A stretch of 63,055 nucleotides of DNA, the filler included, from Choristocarpus tenellus KU-1152 (taxonomy: Eukaryota; Protista; Phaeophyceae): assembly GCA_964200185.2 (NCBI GenBank). It is 11 parts of 11 records of this genome, joined end to end, with 100 filler letters (N's around TTAATTAATTAA, not from the genome) between each part and the next. Parts side by side here need not be neighbours in the genome. Positions count along the whole stretch, not along the records: positions 1 to 4,644 come from CAXNAD020013658.1; positions 4,745 to 12,330 come from CAXNAD020005926.1; 9 more parts are not named here. One strand, 5' to 3'. Below are positions 1 through 12,227 of the stretch, in pieces. A program made the translations under genes and the position numbers. The first letter of the stretch is position 1; every line of letters begins with the position of its first letter. Below the pieces are notes generated by a model. That model had not been told where the DNA came from. It was given only the letters and a program-made list of their open reading frames with translations, and made no database searches.

Positions 1-43
1 CCCCCCCCTCCCCTCCTCCCCACCCCCCGTCCCCCTCCTCTTC

Positions 44-3000
44 TTACTCCTCTTTGTCATCTCCTTCATCCTCCTCTTCTTCCTCCTTGTCCTCCTCCGC
101 ATCACTGACATACTCCGGCTCGTCTTCCGGCCCAGAATCACCGGCGCCCCCCCACACCTTGCGACCTTTCCCCTTTCCACCCGTGTGGGAAGAGGGACGA
201 TTGCGCTTTCTAGTGGCGATTAGCGTCAAGTCCGAGTCCGAATCCCGCACTTCGAACCCATGCGAACGCACTACCGTAAGACCCGGGAGCAAGTTGAACA
301 GTGATCTCATGTCATTCTTTGCCCGGGGTTTGCACACCCTCCTGACTACGGGTGTGACGAACATCTGCCCGGGGCCTTGGGAGAAGGGGAGGAGGATCTC
401 GTCACGGCTTCCGCTCTGCGGAACTTTTGACGTGAATTCAATGTTGGCGTTGTCTGCCTTCTCGGTCCAACACATGTAGTAGAGAGGGCAAGTGGCTGCC
501 ACGCGCAAGTAGAGCTCTGCGCGCGGCCCTCACACCTCCGTTTCAGGCGAAAGCATGCACTTGAGCTGCTTGTTGTTGGCCACATGAAGCAGCCGAATAC
601 ACTGTTCTTCTTGGTCATCAAGAGAGATCGAACGGAAGGCCTCCGATCGAGAGTTGCACACTTGGAGATCACCCCACACAGGGAGGTCTTTTCCACCGAC
701 TTTGTAGTCTTTCCCGTCAAGCGGGAATAAGACCATTTCGGCGGGATTCGAGGATGAGCTTGCATGCGGCTGAGCATTGCGGAAGACAAAGACGGCGGTG
801 GGGTTGGGTGGGGTGGAGGGGTGTTGGGGGGGGGGCTAGAGTTCGGTCATTCATGAATGGACGTGATTTGGAGGAGAGCGACTGAAGGTGGTGCAAGAAC
901 GACAACCTTATTGTGGCAAACGTTGAACACATGACGGATCCAACACTTATCCGCAAGGCCCATAGTCTTCTACGCGACGTATTTGGGTGCCGCATTAGAT
1001 AGATTCGGACTCAGGAAGAAAAAAAACGTGTCTACTGCGTGTCAAGAGCGTGACTCTGCCTTTCGTTCTTGACAGATATGTTACGAAGTGCATTCTATGT
1101 CAGATTCACCTCGATCTGGTAGTCCGTCGCCACCGTCTTCGCAACGAAAACGGTCGCCTCATCGCGTCCCATTACCTTTCCCTGAGGATTGACGGCCTCA
1201 GCAAAACATTGCTGCATCTCAATTGGGACGAGGGTCTGCCCCAAGGCTTCCGGCAGGCAGGAAGGGCCTATCATGCGTTCTTGAACGAGAGACGTGGATA
1301 CCTGCAACATCATGTGCGTACTTGTGACAGCCCAACCATGTGGCATTCAAGTGTTTGCCCTGCGATAAGGTTACATCACGTACGTAGGGGTTATTCCGCC
1401 GTTGGTTCAATATCTTGAGGTGTGTCGCAGCACGTTTTTTTTTTCGTGTGGGGAAGGAAGACATTACGACGTAGCGACACTCACACACAAAGTCGTGGGG
1501 TCTCGGATTTCCGTTTGTGGTGTGGGTCACCGTGTGTACCATGTTAGCAACGTGTAGACATGGACAAGGAAAGATCACTACCACAACCGCACGCCCAACA
1601 CCTATCCATAGCAAACGAAGACAGACAGTAAGTTGGAAAGAAATGGAAAAAATTCAGCACACCCTTATTACCTTCCACTTGCCGTCCTTGCAGGCTCGGC
1701 CGAAGGAGGTCTCCATCTTCTCTTTCACATCGTCCTTTGACGCCGCGTGGACACGAACACCTCTACCCTCCTGCTCCGTTCAAGGGCCGTCTCCGTCACA
1801 TTGTGCCCATCTGTGCTGAAGGAGACGACAGTGTCCCCAGGATTCGTGTTCCTATCATAGGAGGGCGAGTCGAAAAAATTCGCGAGGAGGAAATTGTAAT
1901 GCGCATGGATTCATCATATGGCAATGTAAGAGTAACGTACTGATTCAGGGAAACACAATCATGGTACGGTTTGACGTCCCTGAACCGTCACCCAGCTTGT
2001 TGCGTTACTGTTTAACGATGATCTACACTTACACAAAAAAAGTCGTTGCTCCCGTGAAGAAGGGCGTGTGTGACTTAATTAACGAACCTGTTAACGAGGA
2101 AGTGGAGGGCCCTCATGGGGATGTCCGTCGCAGCACCTTGGTACTCAACGTCACACATGGTTTGGAGCACCGGAGGAGATGGATCACTCCCATGGCCAAA
2201 GATGTCGTCGACGGTGACTCGCTTGTTGCACGTGAACTCTGTCCCATTGTTGTGCGCGAGAAGAATCATGTCCTGGTGGCATCTGAGATGGTTATCAGTG
2301 CCTGCGAGAGGGCACCCCCCCCCCTCGTCTTGTACATTATAAGCAGGGGATGATCTTCCACAACCAAGCCCACCTTCGACGATATAAGAGCCCCTGAATG
2401 AAGAGAAGGCGGGAGCGGGCGCGCGGTTCAGGCATGTGTCAAACTTGACAGTGACAGCACACAAGTACCGTATCGTTGGGCTTCATGAAATCGCATACCA
2501 CTAACATAATAATAGTACAACGAGGATGGAACACAAGAAAAACAAAAAATGCAAAAAATAGGAAATTCTTAAATAGAAGGAAAGATGGCAAAAAAAAGTA
2601 GTGAAAACAAGTAACACCAGCATGCGATTCGAGGACAATCAAACAAAGAACTACGAAGGACCCGGCGGGGAAGAGCAAAAGACACAAAAATAAATACAAG
2701 GTACGAAGAAGAAGAAACAACATGGGGAAAGCGAAAAAAACAGACACACGACAGAATCCGCATCTCTTGGACGGCCGCCACCGTTTCCGATCGACACACG
2801 GGCGGACTGATAACGGCCATGGCGGATTGCAATAGTCTCCTGCAATACACCCCGTATTTCAGAGCTGGCGAACTCTGCAACTCACCGTGTAGGCGGTGTG
2901 ATTGCACAGCCCACGGGTGGGGCATAAATAGCGCGATGGTGCCCTGAGGATGTATCTTCACCTGCAAGTACTTCATCACTTGGCGCAAGTGGGTGTTGGT

Positions 3001-4508
3001 CGCCTCTTCGTCGTTGAGGAGTCTTGGCTCGGTGGCGATGAACACTATGGCGAGCTTTGGCGTGTTGCGGAAGGCGAAGTCTTTCAGGCTGTTTAAGGGT
3101 AGCGTTGGGTCGAGAGGGCGAAGGTCGTGTAGTGCAGTGTTCTCAGCCCTGGTTGGACATCATGACACATGACACAGAGTACACAGACAGCACGAGAAAG
3201 AGGACAGCATCGTAAACAACGGTGCCGGCAATTGTATCAATAAGTGAGGACCTGATAATATTTTCCCATCATCCCCAAAATGTTAAGCCGTACCCTCCAC
3301 AACGCCAGACCCATCAGATACATCTCGTGGAAGGAGGGGAGTCATCAAACAGGTAAGTTCCACGGCCCATGGAAACCTCCAAGAAAAGGCCATACCGAAC
3401 ACACAAAGGACAAGCAATCCACATGATGTACAACCAGCCAAGACCCACGTGTAAACCAACGCGAAACTGAACACGCAGAGACAACTTGTATGTCCGTATA
3501 ATGTGCAACCACGCCGAGACCCACATGCACTTCTCCATGTCCTCCGTTTCGCTGCGTGAGGGAGGACGTAAAAGGCTTTGCCTGCTGGGTGACCCGCCCG
3601 TGCTCCTTGCGTTACCCTTACCCTTACCCTTGCCCCTGCCCCGACCTGCCACTGCGTTCCCCACCAGTCCAGTTCCTTCACTGCCCTCCTGTGCCACGGG
3701 GCAATTGATACACAATCGATCATTGTGCCTCTCGTCGCCCACAATCTCCACGTTGGCACATTCGCCCATGTGCGTGATGGAGCACTTTGGGCAGGAATAC
3801 CTGCCACGCGTGGCATCGAACGAGAGCATCAAACAGACAGAACAGCATTTTTTCCACATCATTAATTGGGCGCAACAACGCGGGGATCCACGGCTACGAA
3901 GGACCACGAAATTGGTGGCACAAAATAATACGAACTACAGGTGAGATACAACAGTCGGTTGTGACATGCACTAACACACTCGGGCTGTGGCAAACAAAGA
4001 GACTTGGGGGTAGCGACCGCAGCGCCACACACAGAGGGACCCCGCGACATCCACCGGTGTGGTGGCGTGCATTGCTGAAGCAAGACAACTTAGTTAGCCA
4101 TTCGGGCGATCGGATGAAAACCAATCTTACGCCATTAATTACCCGCCATCCGCGTGTGCACCATTACAATTACATTACTCACCGAGCCGTAGGTGGAGGA
4201 TTGCATTCAGTACAGCAAACGCCTGCATTCCACCCTCCATGGCCGTTTTGTTCTTCTTCCGCACCAGGAACACTGTCGACAGAACCCCCCTCGCGCGTAT
4301 CCTCCCTGCCTGGCAGTCCATCCCCTCCCTCATCTTCTTTCTCCCCGCCATCTGATGCCGATCTGTTGTTGCTCTCGACGTCAGCGCCGCCGCCATCACC
4401 GCCCCACCTGCTGTGGACCTGATGGAGGTTGACCTGGTTGAGGACATCCTGGTATTTCCCTTCCCAGGTGGTGAGGAAAGCGTGTAGCGTCGAGTCCTTC
4501 TGGAGAAT
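44..4508 (-). pseudogene. Multi-exon gene remnant: acidic region, two PHD-like Zn fingers, inactive-looking beta-class N6A/N4C DNA methyltransferase fold, SET-like domain, acidic tail; 5' end off contig
   Basis: GT-AG exons approx. 4508-4183, 4074-~3975, ~3893-3525, 3148-~2750, ~2450-2088, 1851-1672, 1301-1110, ~760-44. PHD-like: CSVC-x13-CPKCSITHMGEC-x15-CINC. MTase-like: LAIVFIATEP...VMKYLQVKIHPQGTIALF...HQDMILLAH...IPMRALHFLVNR|NTNPGDTVVSFSTDGHNVTETALERSRRVEVF, with a phase-compatible splice at 2088/1851. SET-like: VLFPLDGKDYKVG...VWG...CPLYYMCWTEKADNANIEF. In-frame TGA at 530-532 and apparent frameshifts near 1745 and 3988. Confidence 0.6.
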
Positions 4509-4644
4509 CTGGTGGTGGACACGGTGGAGAACGTTGTTGAGGAGAGGAGGGAACGAATGTGACGTAAAAAATGGGAGAGTGTAATGGAAGAACGATAGCA
4601 TTTCAATTGAGCAGAGCAAACGATACGGTTGGCGTGGTTAACGC

Positions 4645-4744
4645 NNNNNNNNNNNNNNNNNNNNNNNNNNNNNNNNNNNNNNNNNNNNTTAATTAATTAA
4701 NNNNNNNNNNNNNNNNNNNNNNNNNNNNNNNNNNNNNNNNNNNN
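4645..4744. other. Artificial contig spacer N44-TTAATTAATTAA-N44; identical spacers at 12331-12430, 20382-20481, 24933-25032, 29379-29478, 34761-34860, 37646-37745, 41662-41761, 55301-55400, 60275-60374
   Basis: Identical 100-bp construct with stop codons in all six frames, repeated ten times. Confidence 0.98.
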
Positions 4745-5061
4745 CCCCCCCAAGATACTTTGACCTCCATTGTGTCACGAAGTCAATAGATAGATGTGTG
4801 CTTATCTTTCGAAGTGTCTTTCGCGCTTGAGTGTTACCGGATACAGCATGTGCTACACATGTTCTGGATTAGTATACTAGGGAATGTAAAATGTGTAGCA
4901 TATGCTTTTATCTGTAGCATGTGTGTGTGTGTGTATGTGAATATGAGAGAGTGATCCACCCTCGCGTTCTACTTCCTCCTCTTCTTGAGTGTTTTGAAGT
5001 ATCGTGTGTTGTGAGACATCATCCCTGTTGAATAAATTGATCATTACTGCAATGCAATTCA

Positions 5062-5239
5062 GACTCAAACTATCTGGGAGGGGTGGGGGCTATCCACTTG
5101 GGGTCAATTATTTCATGTCGCGATTTTTGGATGATTTGGTTGCATACATCAGATGGATAGTCTAAATGCACTTTTCCTGATTTGGGGCGAAATGGACACC
5201 CTGGTGTAGACCCCCCCCCAAAACAAAATACTTTGGGTC
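5062..5239. mobile_element. MITE family B copy (~180 bp)
   Basis: Termini gactcaaactatctggg...aaatactttgggtc; interior matches copies at 21683, 45238, 47324, 50618. Confidence 0.8.
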
Positions 5240-6789
5240 ATCCGAGGACAATGAGAAGCGCTATGTTAGAACCATAACGGCTTTGTCAAGTATTATGGGT
5301 CACAACATGCATGTGTCGGATATGTTACTGCATGGAGAGGTAAAATATATTTTATGTAAGCTTTGGAGTGGAACATTGTGGGGCATAACGTTGCTGAGTG
5401 CGTTTTGGACTAAATTCCTAATGGAACATATGTTCTTGATGTCTTCAAGTCAAGTGTTTCTTCTAGTCAAGCATATTGGGCACACTTTGTGTGCATTCAC
5501 CCTGCAACCTGCCTCCCTTGCCCTCAATCTTGATGTTGCCTTTTTTCTTGCACTACCAGTGGATATTAGTGGATGAAGAGTGGAAAGGAGTCTAAGGTGT
5601 GAGCTTCCGGGACAGAAAAATGATTTGCTCTTCTCCGACTACATTAGTCTATATAGTTATTTAGTAGAATTGTGGTTCACTCTACCAATGCACACTTCAG
5701 CGAGAAGAAGGTACATACTGGGGGATGCAACATGAATACTAGCGTACAGTAGTGGTCTAATAGTGATTTACAGTTCTAATGCACGTAGAGTTAAACAACA
5801 TACTTGAAGGAAACCTAAGGTCTATCCCGGCTATAGCATCTAGACCACTCCAGCAAGGAATTGAGCCATCGTTGATATCCCAGCACTAGATTTTCCGCAT
5901 GTGTTCCATGCAGCTATTTGGCGGCCCCTATCCTTGACGTTATCTTCCTCCATCAGCGTATGTATTGTGGTGGTGATATTGATAAAATCAAACACATTTG
6001 CAAAAAATCTGTATGGATAGATCCATCAGTACATTTCGTATCATCAAGTCATCTCAAACGAGAGAATGTGCAATTAAATATTCTATACATACTTTGCCAA
6101 CACTACATAGTTGCGTGAAGGGAAAAAATGGGTAGTGTTGCTACCACGGGTCGCGCAAAGTCTTACCGTACATTCTGCATGAAAAAAAGCTCTCGTCTAA
6201 ATAATCCTTGCACTCTATCACCACATCACTAATGTGTGTCACTGTATGGTGCTCATTTGAGGCTTTCCCCCCTTGTAGCACTCATGGTCACATCCTTGTA
6301 TAATATATCAAAGTACATACATTCTTGGAGCGTTTGTCATCTTGTTCCCCACTTATCATCCATCAACAATGACAGAGGTAGGACACGGACTGACTCTAGT
6401 ACTATCGCTTGACCGCCGGGAGTCCTGCTCAGCCCACAAGAATGCTTACCTTCACATGATGCGCAGTCTTCAGGCATATGTAAGGTTTCACTCTCACACA
6501 CTACACAGTGGTGTAACAAAAAGCACCAACATGGAGCAGCGATACTCTACACCTGCAGTAGGATCAGTGATCTGAGTACTTTCAGCCAAACCAGTTGAGG
6601 GTGTGCCAACACACACGGCATCCTCATATCATCAGTGAGCATAGCAAACGATGGTTAAACATGATAGGGCATGGAGAGACAACACAATGTAGTGGGCATA
6701 CAAATATACATACCAATACCATACAGAACAGTAGAGTTCGATTAGTAGGAGTTATGTAATCCCCACCAGTTATGCTACTACCTTATCCA

Positions 6790-7146
6790 AAACCTGGTCT
6801 TGAAGTTATGCTCAAAGGGGAACCATTGACGCCCTGTTAGCCACATCACTCCACTACCCCTTGGCTGAACTCCTCCTTGAAGGGGAGTTCCTGCAACCTG
6901 CTAAGCCTCAATCCCATCTATAGCCTATACAAAAAAATGTAAAGGTCAGCTGTTGGGTTCCACCAGTCATCCCTTCATCAGTCATTCACCAAATCTACTG
7001 CCTGAACAATACAATCCACAAGGCTAACTGCTGGAGCCCAGTCAGTCACACAGCTCCATAATTTGACAAGCTAAACATCTTGCAGCTTGAGCTGCTGGTG
7101 ACTAGCCCGACCTCATCTACGACCTGGTCTGTCTCCAGTCCAAAAC
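6790..7146 (-). pseudogene. Degenerate FNIP repeats continuing past the stop codon of the FNIP gene
   Basis: Minus-strand fragments DQVVDEV, LTGLQQLAL, GTQQLTF, AIDGI, LQELPFKEEFSQGV, GVMWLTG, broken by stops and frameshifts. Confidence 0.7.
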
Positions 7147-8415
7147 TCAGCTACTGGAGTTACTTCTGAAGGTGAGCTGCTTGAGTCCAGCTGGCCACAC
7201 AACCCCATCTACCGACTGATTGAAACAAGTTCCGAAGCTGAGCTTCTGGAGTCCAGTCGGCCACACAACCTCATCGATTGACTTGTTGAATAATGTCCCA
7301 AGGGTGAACTGCTTGAGCCCAGACGGCCATACAGTCCTATCTATTGCCTGGTTAAAACAAAAACCAAAGGTGAGCTGCTGGAGTCCAGATGGCCACACAA
7401 CCCTATCTACTGCTTGGTCTAAATCATCTCCAAAGGTGAGTTGCTGGAGTCCTTTCGGCCACACAACTCCATCAATCTCCTGGTTGAATTTTTTTCCAAA
7501 GGTCAACTGTTGGAGTCCAGTTGGCCATGAAACCTCATCTATCGCCTGGTTGAATTCGAATCCGAAGGTGAGACGGCGGAGACCTGCCGGCCACACAACT
7601 CTATCTACTGGCTGGTCAAAATAACCTCCGAAGGTGAGCTGCTGGAGCCCAGCCGGCCACACAACCTCATCTATAGCCTGGTCGAATTTTAGCCCAAAGG
7701 TGAGATACTGAAGTCCAGGTGGCCATACAACCCTTTCTATTGCCCGGTCAAAATAAACTCCAAAAGTGAGCCGCTGAAGTCCAGTCGGCCACGAAACCTT
7801 ATCTATAGGCTGGTCAAAACAAGCTCCAAAGGTCAGCTGCTGGAGCCCAGTTGGCCAGATGGCTCCATCTATCGCCCGGTTAAAGTAAGCTCCGAATGTC
7901 AACTGCTGCAATCCAGTTGACCACACGACCCCATCTATTACCTGGTTGAAATAGAACCCAAAGATGGTCTGTTTCAGTCCAGTTGGCCATACCACCCCAC
8001 CTAACGCCTGGTTGAACTTTTTCCCGAACGTCAGCTTTTGGATTGTTCGTGGCCACGGCACCCTCTGCACTGCTTGATCGAAATCCTCACCAAAGGTCAA
8101 CGCCTGCAAAGTCGTTTGCGACTCTAATTTTTTTAATTCGTCAATAAGCAACTCCAAGTTGGGCAGCTCCCACATCAACTCGCAGAAAATTGGACGCGGC
8201 ACACGTGAAGATCTGGTCCTTTGCCCAAGCAGATTCTTGTCCTCGAGTAATTGGAGAGATGCAGTGCTTGAAACCCTCAAACGGAAAGTTGCTCTACTGC
8301 GGCATTCTACGCATAAAGTTAAGCATGTCAAAGCGATATCATGAAGCTCTTTGGCACAAAGCCATCCAGACACCACAACAACACCGATTGCCCTAACAAA
8401 CTGATCTCCTGACAT
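7147..8415 (-). CDS. Intronless FNIP-repeat (22-aa LRR-like) protein with possible N-terminal F-box-like motif, 422 aa
   Basis: About 14-15 tandem repeats, consensus WPxGLQQLTFGxxFNQxIDxVV; N-terminal VVSGWLCAKELHDIALTCLTL resembles an F-box; open ORF from ATG to TGA. Confidence 0.9.
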   Translation of the reverse strand: MSGDQFVRAIGVVVVSGWLCAKELHDIALTCLTLCVECRSRATFRLRVSSTASLQLLEDKNLLGQRTRSSRVPRPIFCELMWELPNLELLIDELKKLESQTTLQALTFGEDFDQAVQRVPWPRTIQKLTFGKKFNQALGGVVWPTGLKQTIFGFYFNQVIDGVVWSTGLQQLTFGAYFNRAIDGAIWPTGLQQLTFGACFDQPIDKVSWPTGLQRLTFGVYFDRAIERVVWPPGLQYLTFGLKFDQAIDEVVWPAGLQQLTFGGYFDQPVDRVVWPAGLRRLTFGFEFNQAIDEVSWPTGLQQLTFGKKFNQEIDGVVWPKGLQQLTFGDDLDQAVDRVVWPSGLQQLTFGFCFNQAIDRTVWPSGLKQFTLGTLFNKSIDEVVWPTGLQKLSFGTCFNQSVDGVVWPAGLKQLTFRSNSSS

Positions 8416-10462
8416 CGACAGTCTACGGAAATATTGTGCCTCGTCTCAAAACGTTTGCAATCTGATCTACAAGTACACGTACAAAATATAAATTAGGGAC
8501 TGTGAATACAATCAGGTAAAGTCGTCCCAGTTCTGGACAGGTACAGATAAGTCAAGTCCACCTCTTCACCTTGGAAGTAATTATCAGACTACCATTACTA
8601 TTGTCAACTCAACTCTGAATTTCTTTCAATCCTGCATGATGGAAGAGGTATACCTGGTTGTGTCCATTATCCTTTAAAAATGCTGGAGATCTGTATGACA
8701 TCACCCTGTGTACATACGCGTATTTATGGCATACTGGTTTGTATGTTACATACGTGAATTTACGTTCAGATGTGCGGCAGGAAGACGCATTTTCCTCACG
8801 CCCACGCCTTCGCGAACTCATGTTTTCCAAGTCTGTTCTCACAAGAAATTTTGTGTACACTGGAGAAGCCTTCGAAAGTCGTCCTTACCCACGAGGAACC
8901 GCGACAACCACCACCATAGTCTTCACACACAATGATTTCTTGGTACAAAAAATATACAGCCAAGTACCAACTTTTCGTTTTTAGGTGCAGTGTTGTTTAT
9001 GGTAACCAAAACACATCCTCTTGAACCACAAAAGCTAAGAAATCCACAAAAAAGAGGGGGTGATGGTAAATATATTTACTGTTGAACTCGATCGGGGACT
9101 TTGAAGGGGGCCTGGTGATAGGGTACTGCACACTGCCTCAACACCTCTGGTGTAATCTGGAGTGAGGAAAATCTGAACTCTGCCCCTGCTCATTATTATT
9201 CATACTGAATGTTTCTCTCATTTTATCACCACGCATAGTTGAATCACTGGATAGCATCAGCATTCAACTCAAGGAAATTATGTCTGCAAAACATTGAGTG
9301 AAGTGCTGGGGGGTAAGGCTGAGGTACACAGAATTTTTCGCCCTACTAGTAGTGACCTTTGGATATGTACAGGTTGGAGAGCAAGCTCCTTGAATATGAC
9401 ACCCTCTGCTTAGTGCGCAATGGATAAAATATACTCAAGGATCGAAAACGAAAGGACAATATCAGAAATCTTAACGTTATATCAAAAATATCAGAAGCCT
9501 CTCTTTACTGCCTCTACACTCCCTCTTCAACATAACATAAACTCACCCAAACTATTTTTTCACAAGACGCAGCAAAAAGAGACCCATACACAGTCATATA
9601 CACTAAGAAAAATAATGAAAAGGCAGTGAAAGAAAATGCTACCATATGAGAATCACTGATTTGATGAGAATGAGCCCTACGCTTTTTGCTGGTAAAAGCA
9701 AACCCTCACAGTTCCAACCTGTCAAACAAAAAACGTACCTCTTCATGCAAGTTATCACCTTCTCGGTGCATTTTAATGCTTGTAAGAGCAGGAGTGGGGG
9801 AGAATACATGACGATATTAAGAGAGTAATAGCTATCACACTAAGCAAGTGTCGTTGGGTAATGCCATGGGGCATTCTCCTCCCTATTTGTTGTTGTTGGG
9901 CCACTCACTCACTACAAATGGTACTACTTCGTTGCTGCAAGTTGTGTGATTGATTTTTTTGAGAAATAGTGCTTGCTCCTTTGCTCCATCTTCTCCCACA
10001 ACACCACCAGTACCACTGAGCCCAAGTAAACAAGAGATGCTTAAGGTTGCATTTTGTGGATGCTGAAAATTATGTGTTTGTTTGGCTTTTTGCGCAACGC
10101 GTACAGAAAATCATGTTCTTATCGAGATTTTTCAAAGAACACAGAAATCAACGGTGTAAAATTCAATCTTGGCTCCTTAACCATAGAAATAAGGATGAAT
10201 CGCGGAAGATAACCAAGGTGGCTTAAAATGTTAATAGACCAAAACCTGGCAACCTCTCATTTACTTTGGCTTGCTTCTGCTGCTACTAGAGTATAATATT
10301 GATATACTACTGTATATAATATGAGGATGAATGGCATATAGGTTATGTATGATGTACTTGGAGTATTACATTGTAAGAACTTATTGCAACATACATCCTG
10401 TCGAGTGACAGGATTTAGCCAGTTGTACTGGATTAGTAGTTGTCTCAGCATCGCTACTATTA

Positions 10463-10719
10463 GAGTGAAACTATCTTTGAGGGTATGAGATTCCCTGTTT
10501 GTCCATTTGGGGCTTGGCTTCCCACGGGTTTCTAATGACATTTTACCTACTCCGAAACGTTTCGGAGTAGGCAAAATGTATACGTTATGAAAAGGTGTGT
10601 CTGGAACAAGGATATTGACATCTCTTAACAAACACGATAGCCAAAACTATATCAGAATTGCAACATTGGATTTTGGTCGCTAAATGGACGCGGCTCTACC
10701 CTCTAAGATACTTTGACTC
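10463..10719. mobile_element. MITE family A copy (~255 bp)
   Basis: TIR GAGTGAAAcTATCTTtGAGGGTA...TACCCTCTAAGATACTTTGACTC; flanks atta/acta; internal palindrome cattttacctactccgaaacgtttcggagtaggcaaaatg. Confidence 0.9.
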
Positions 10720-10899
10720 ACTATGACACCCCATCACAAACTAGCCATTACACACGATTGCACACTTCATTCAATTCAGGTTTCAACAGGTTATGAGCCT
10801 CAACAAAGGCTACACACAACCTGGCCTTGTATGACCCGACCATCTACTAATCACCATAGTTTTGTCATCCTCGCCACACTCAAGATAGCCCTATTTCCG

Positions 10900-12227
10900 T
10901 ACCCTGCAACGCACACTGAAACCACTGCCACATCTACTATTGTGGAACGCCAAGACCAGTTGTTTGGCGTACTCCTTTCTACCTGCTGCACAACAGCCCA
11001 AGACCCTCTACATGTACGACAGCAGCGCGACAACAACATCAACGACAGCCTGAGTGAAAGTATCTTAGAGGGTACGAGTTTTGCCCTATTTGCCCGTTTG
11101 GGGCTTGGCTTCCCATGGGTTTCTTACGACATTTTTCCCACGCCGAAATGTTTCAAAGTAGGTAAAATATACACGTTATGAAAAGATGTGTGTGGAACAA
11201 GGATAATGACACTTCCTAACACAATAGTCAAAATTGCATCAAAATTGCAACATTGGAGTTTGGCCCCCAAACGGACGCGTCTCTACCCTCTAAGATACTT
11301 TGACTTGCCTCTCTGCTTGGCATGCCCTGGCTGCTAAGTATGAGGCGGCCACTGAACAAGTGATGCGCACTATTCACTGCCGGTTGGCACTGTTAGCAAT
11401 GGAACCTGACGAGGATTCTAACCAGTAGCTTCTTCGACTCTACTGGACAAAGGCTTAACTTGGAAGGACTTTGCGTAACTATCATCAACTCTCAGCTGCA
11501 GACGCCCATATTTTTTGGATGGCGCTCTCCCCAGCCAAGTTTTCTTCCGCTGCTCGAGCCCACCACTGCCGTGACTGCCACCAACCTGGTCACCACCTGC
11601 ACCAATGCCCCAACCACACCACCCTCATCCCATGCACCTGTCCCACCCACTGAAAATTGGTGTTCCTACCACATGACACTCCCACACACTGATCAAGAAT
11701 GCCGGGCACAACATCAACACCTTCACCGCCCATCCATCCCCCCCCCACCTACTCCATCCCCACCTAATACCACTCAGACTGATGCCACATACATCACTAC
11801 CTCAGTTCCGCCAGACGGCTGGGGTCCAGATGCTTACTCCTACTGTTTCTCTACTATCACATCCACAACCACCTTCCCTACCACCATGACCAACCACACA
11901 CCCCCAGTACAAGACACACCCACCTCTGGCCTCAACTCCTTCATAGTCGACTCTGGTTGCACTGCCCACATGACCGATCCCTCCCTCATTCCCACCGCCC
12001 ACCACTTCCTATCCTACCTTACCCCCCTTGCCCACCCCATTGCCATCTCTGGCATTAGGAATCTCCATCTCATTGCACATCGGCAGGCCATCTTCACTGA
12101 ACTTTTGCAGCACCCTCCATCACGACCTGCCTCCTCCACCTTCACTGTCCTGCTGATACCTACTCTTGGTCGTCATTTGTACTCCACATGTGCTGCAGCA
12201 ACTACTGGCTGGACTACGGAGTGGAAG
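10900..12227 (+). mobile_element. Decayed Ty1/copia LTR-retrotransposon gag-protease fragment, interrupted by a MITE-A
   Basis: Gag-like QDQLFGVLLS...AWHALAAKYEAATEQ...LAMEPDED; Zn knuckle WCSYHMTLPHTDQEC; protease FIVDSGCTAHMTD...VLLIPTLGRHLYS. Confidence 0.85.
11052..11306. mobile_element. MITE family A copy inserted in Copia gag
   Basis: Full TIRs; 4-bp TSD GCCT at 11048-11051 and 11307-11310. Confidence 0.92.

Noticed and set aside
2035-2087. HTPFFTGATT as the MTase DPFxGSGTT motif
   Set aside because: Needs a frameshift and lies after a good GT donor; the next exon (NTNPGDTVVSF...) fits the motif far better, so this is intronic coincidence
3486-4432. Plus-strand ORFs of 152 and 211 aa, also 54-479 and 1961-2353
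   Set aside because: Antisense shadows of GC-rich minus-strand exons; no motifs
4689-4700. Recurrent TTAATTAATTAA motif between N runs as a biological repeat or CRISPR-like array
   Set aside because: Identical 100-bp artificial spacer with six-frame stops; an assembly concatenation artefact
6337-6519. Cys-rich ORF CVVCESE...CASCEGKHSC as a zinc finger gene
   Set aside because: Isolated, no convincing exon chain or family; possibly a decayed TE
7220-7624. Plus-strand repetitive ORF
   Set aside because: Antisense of the FNIP repeats
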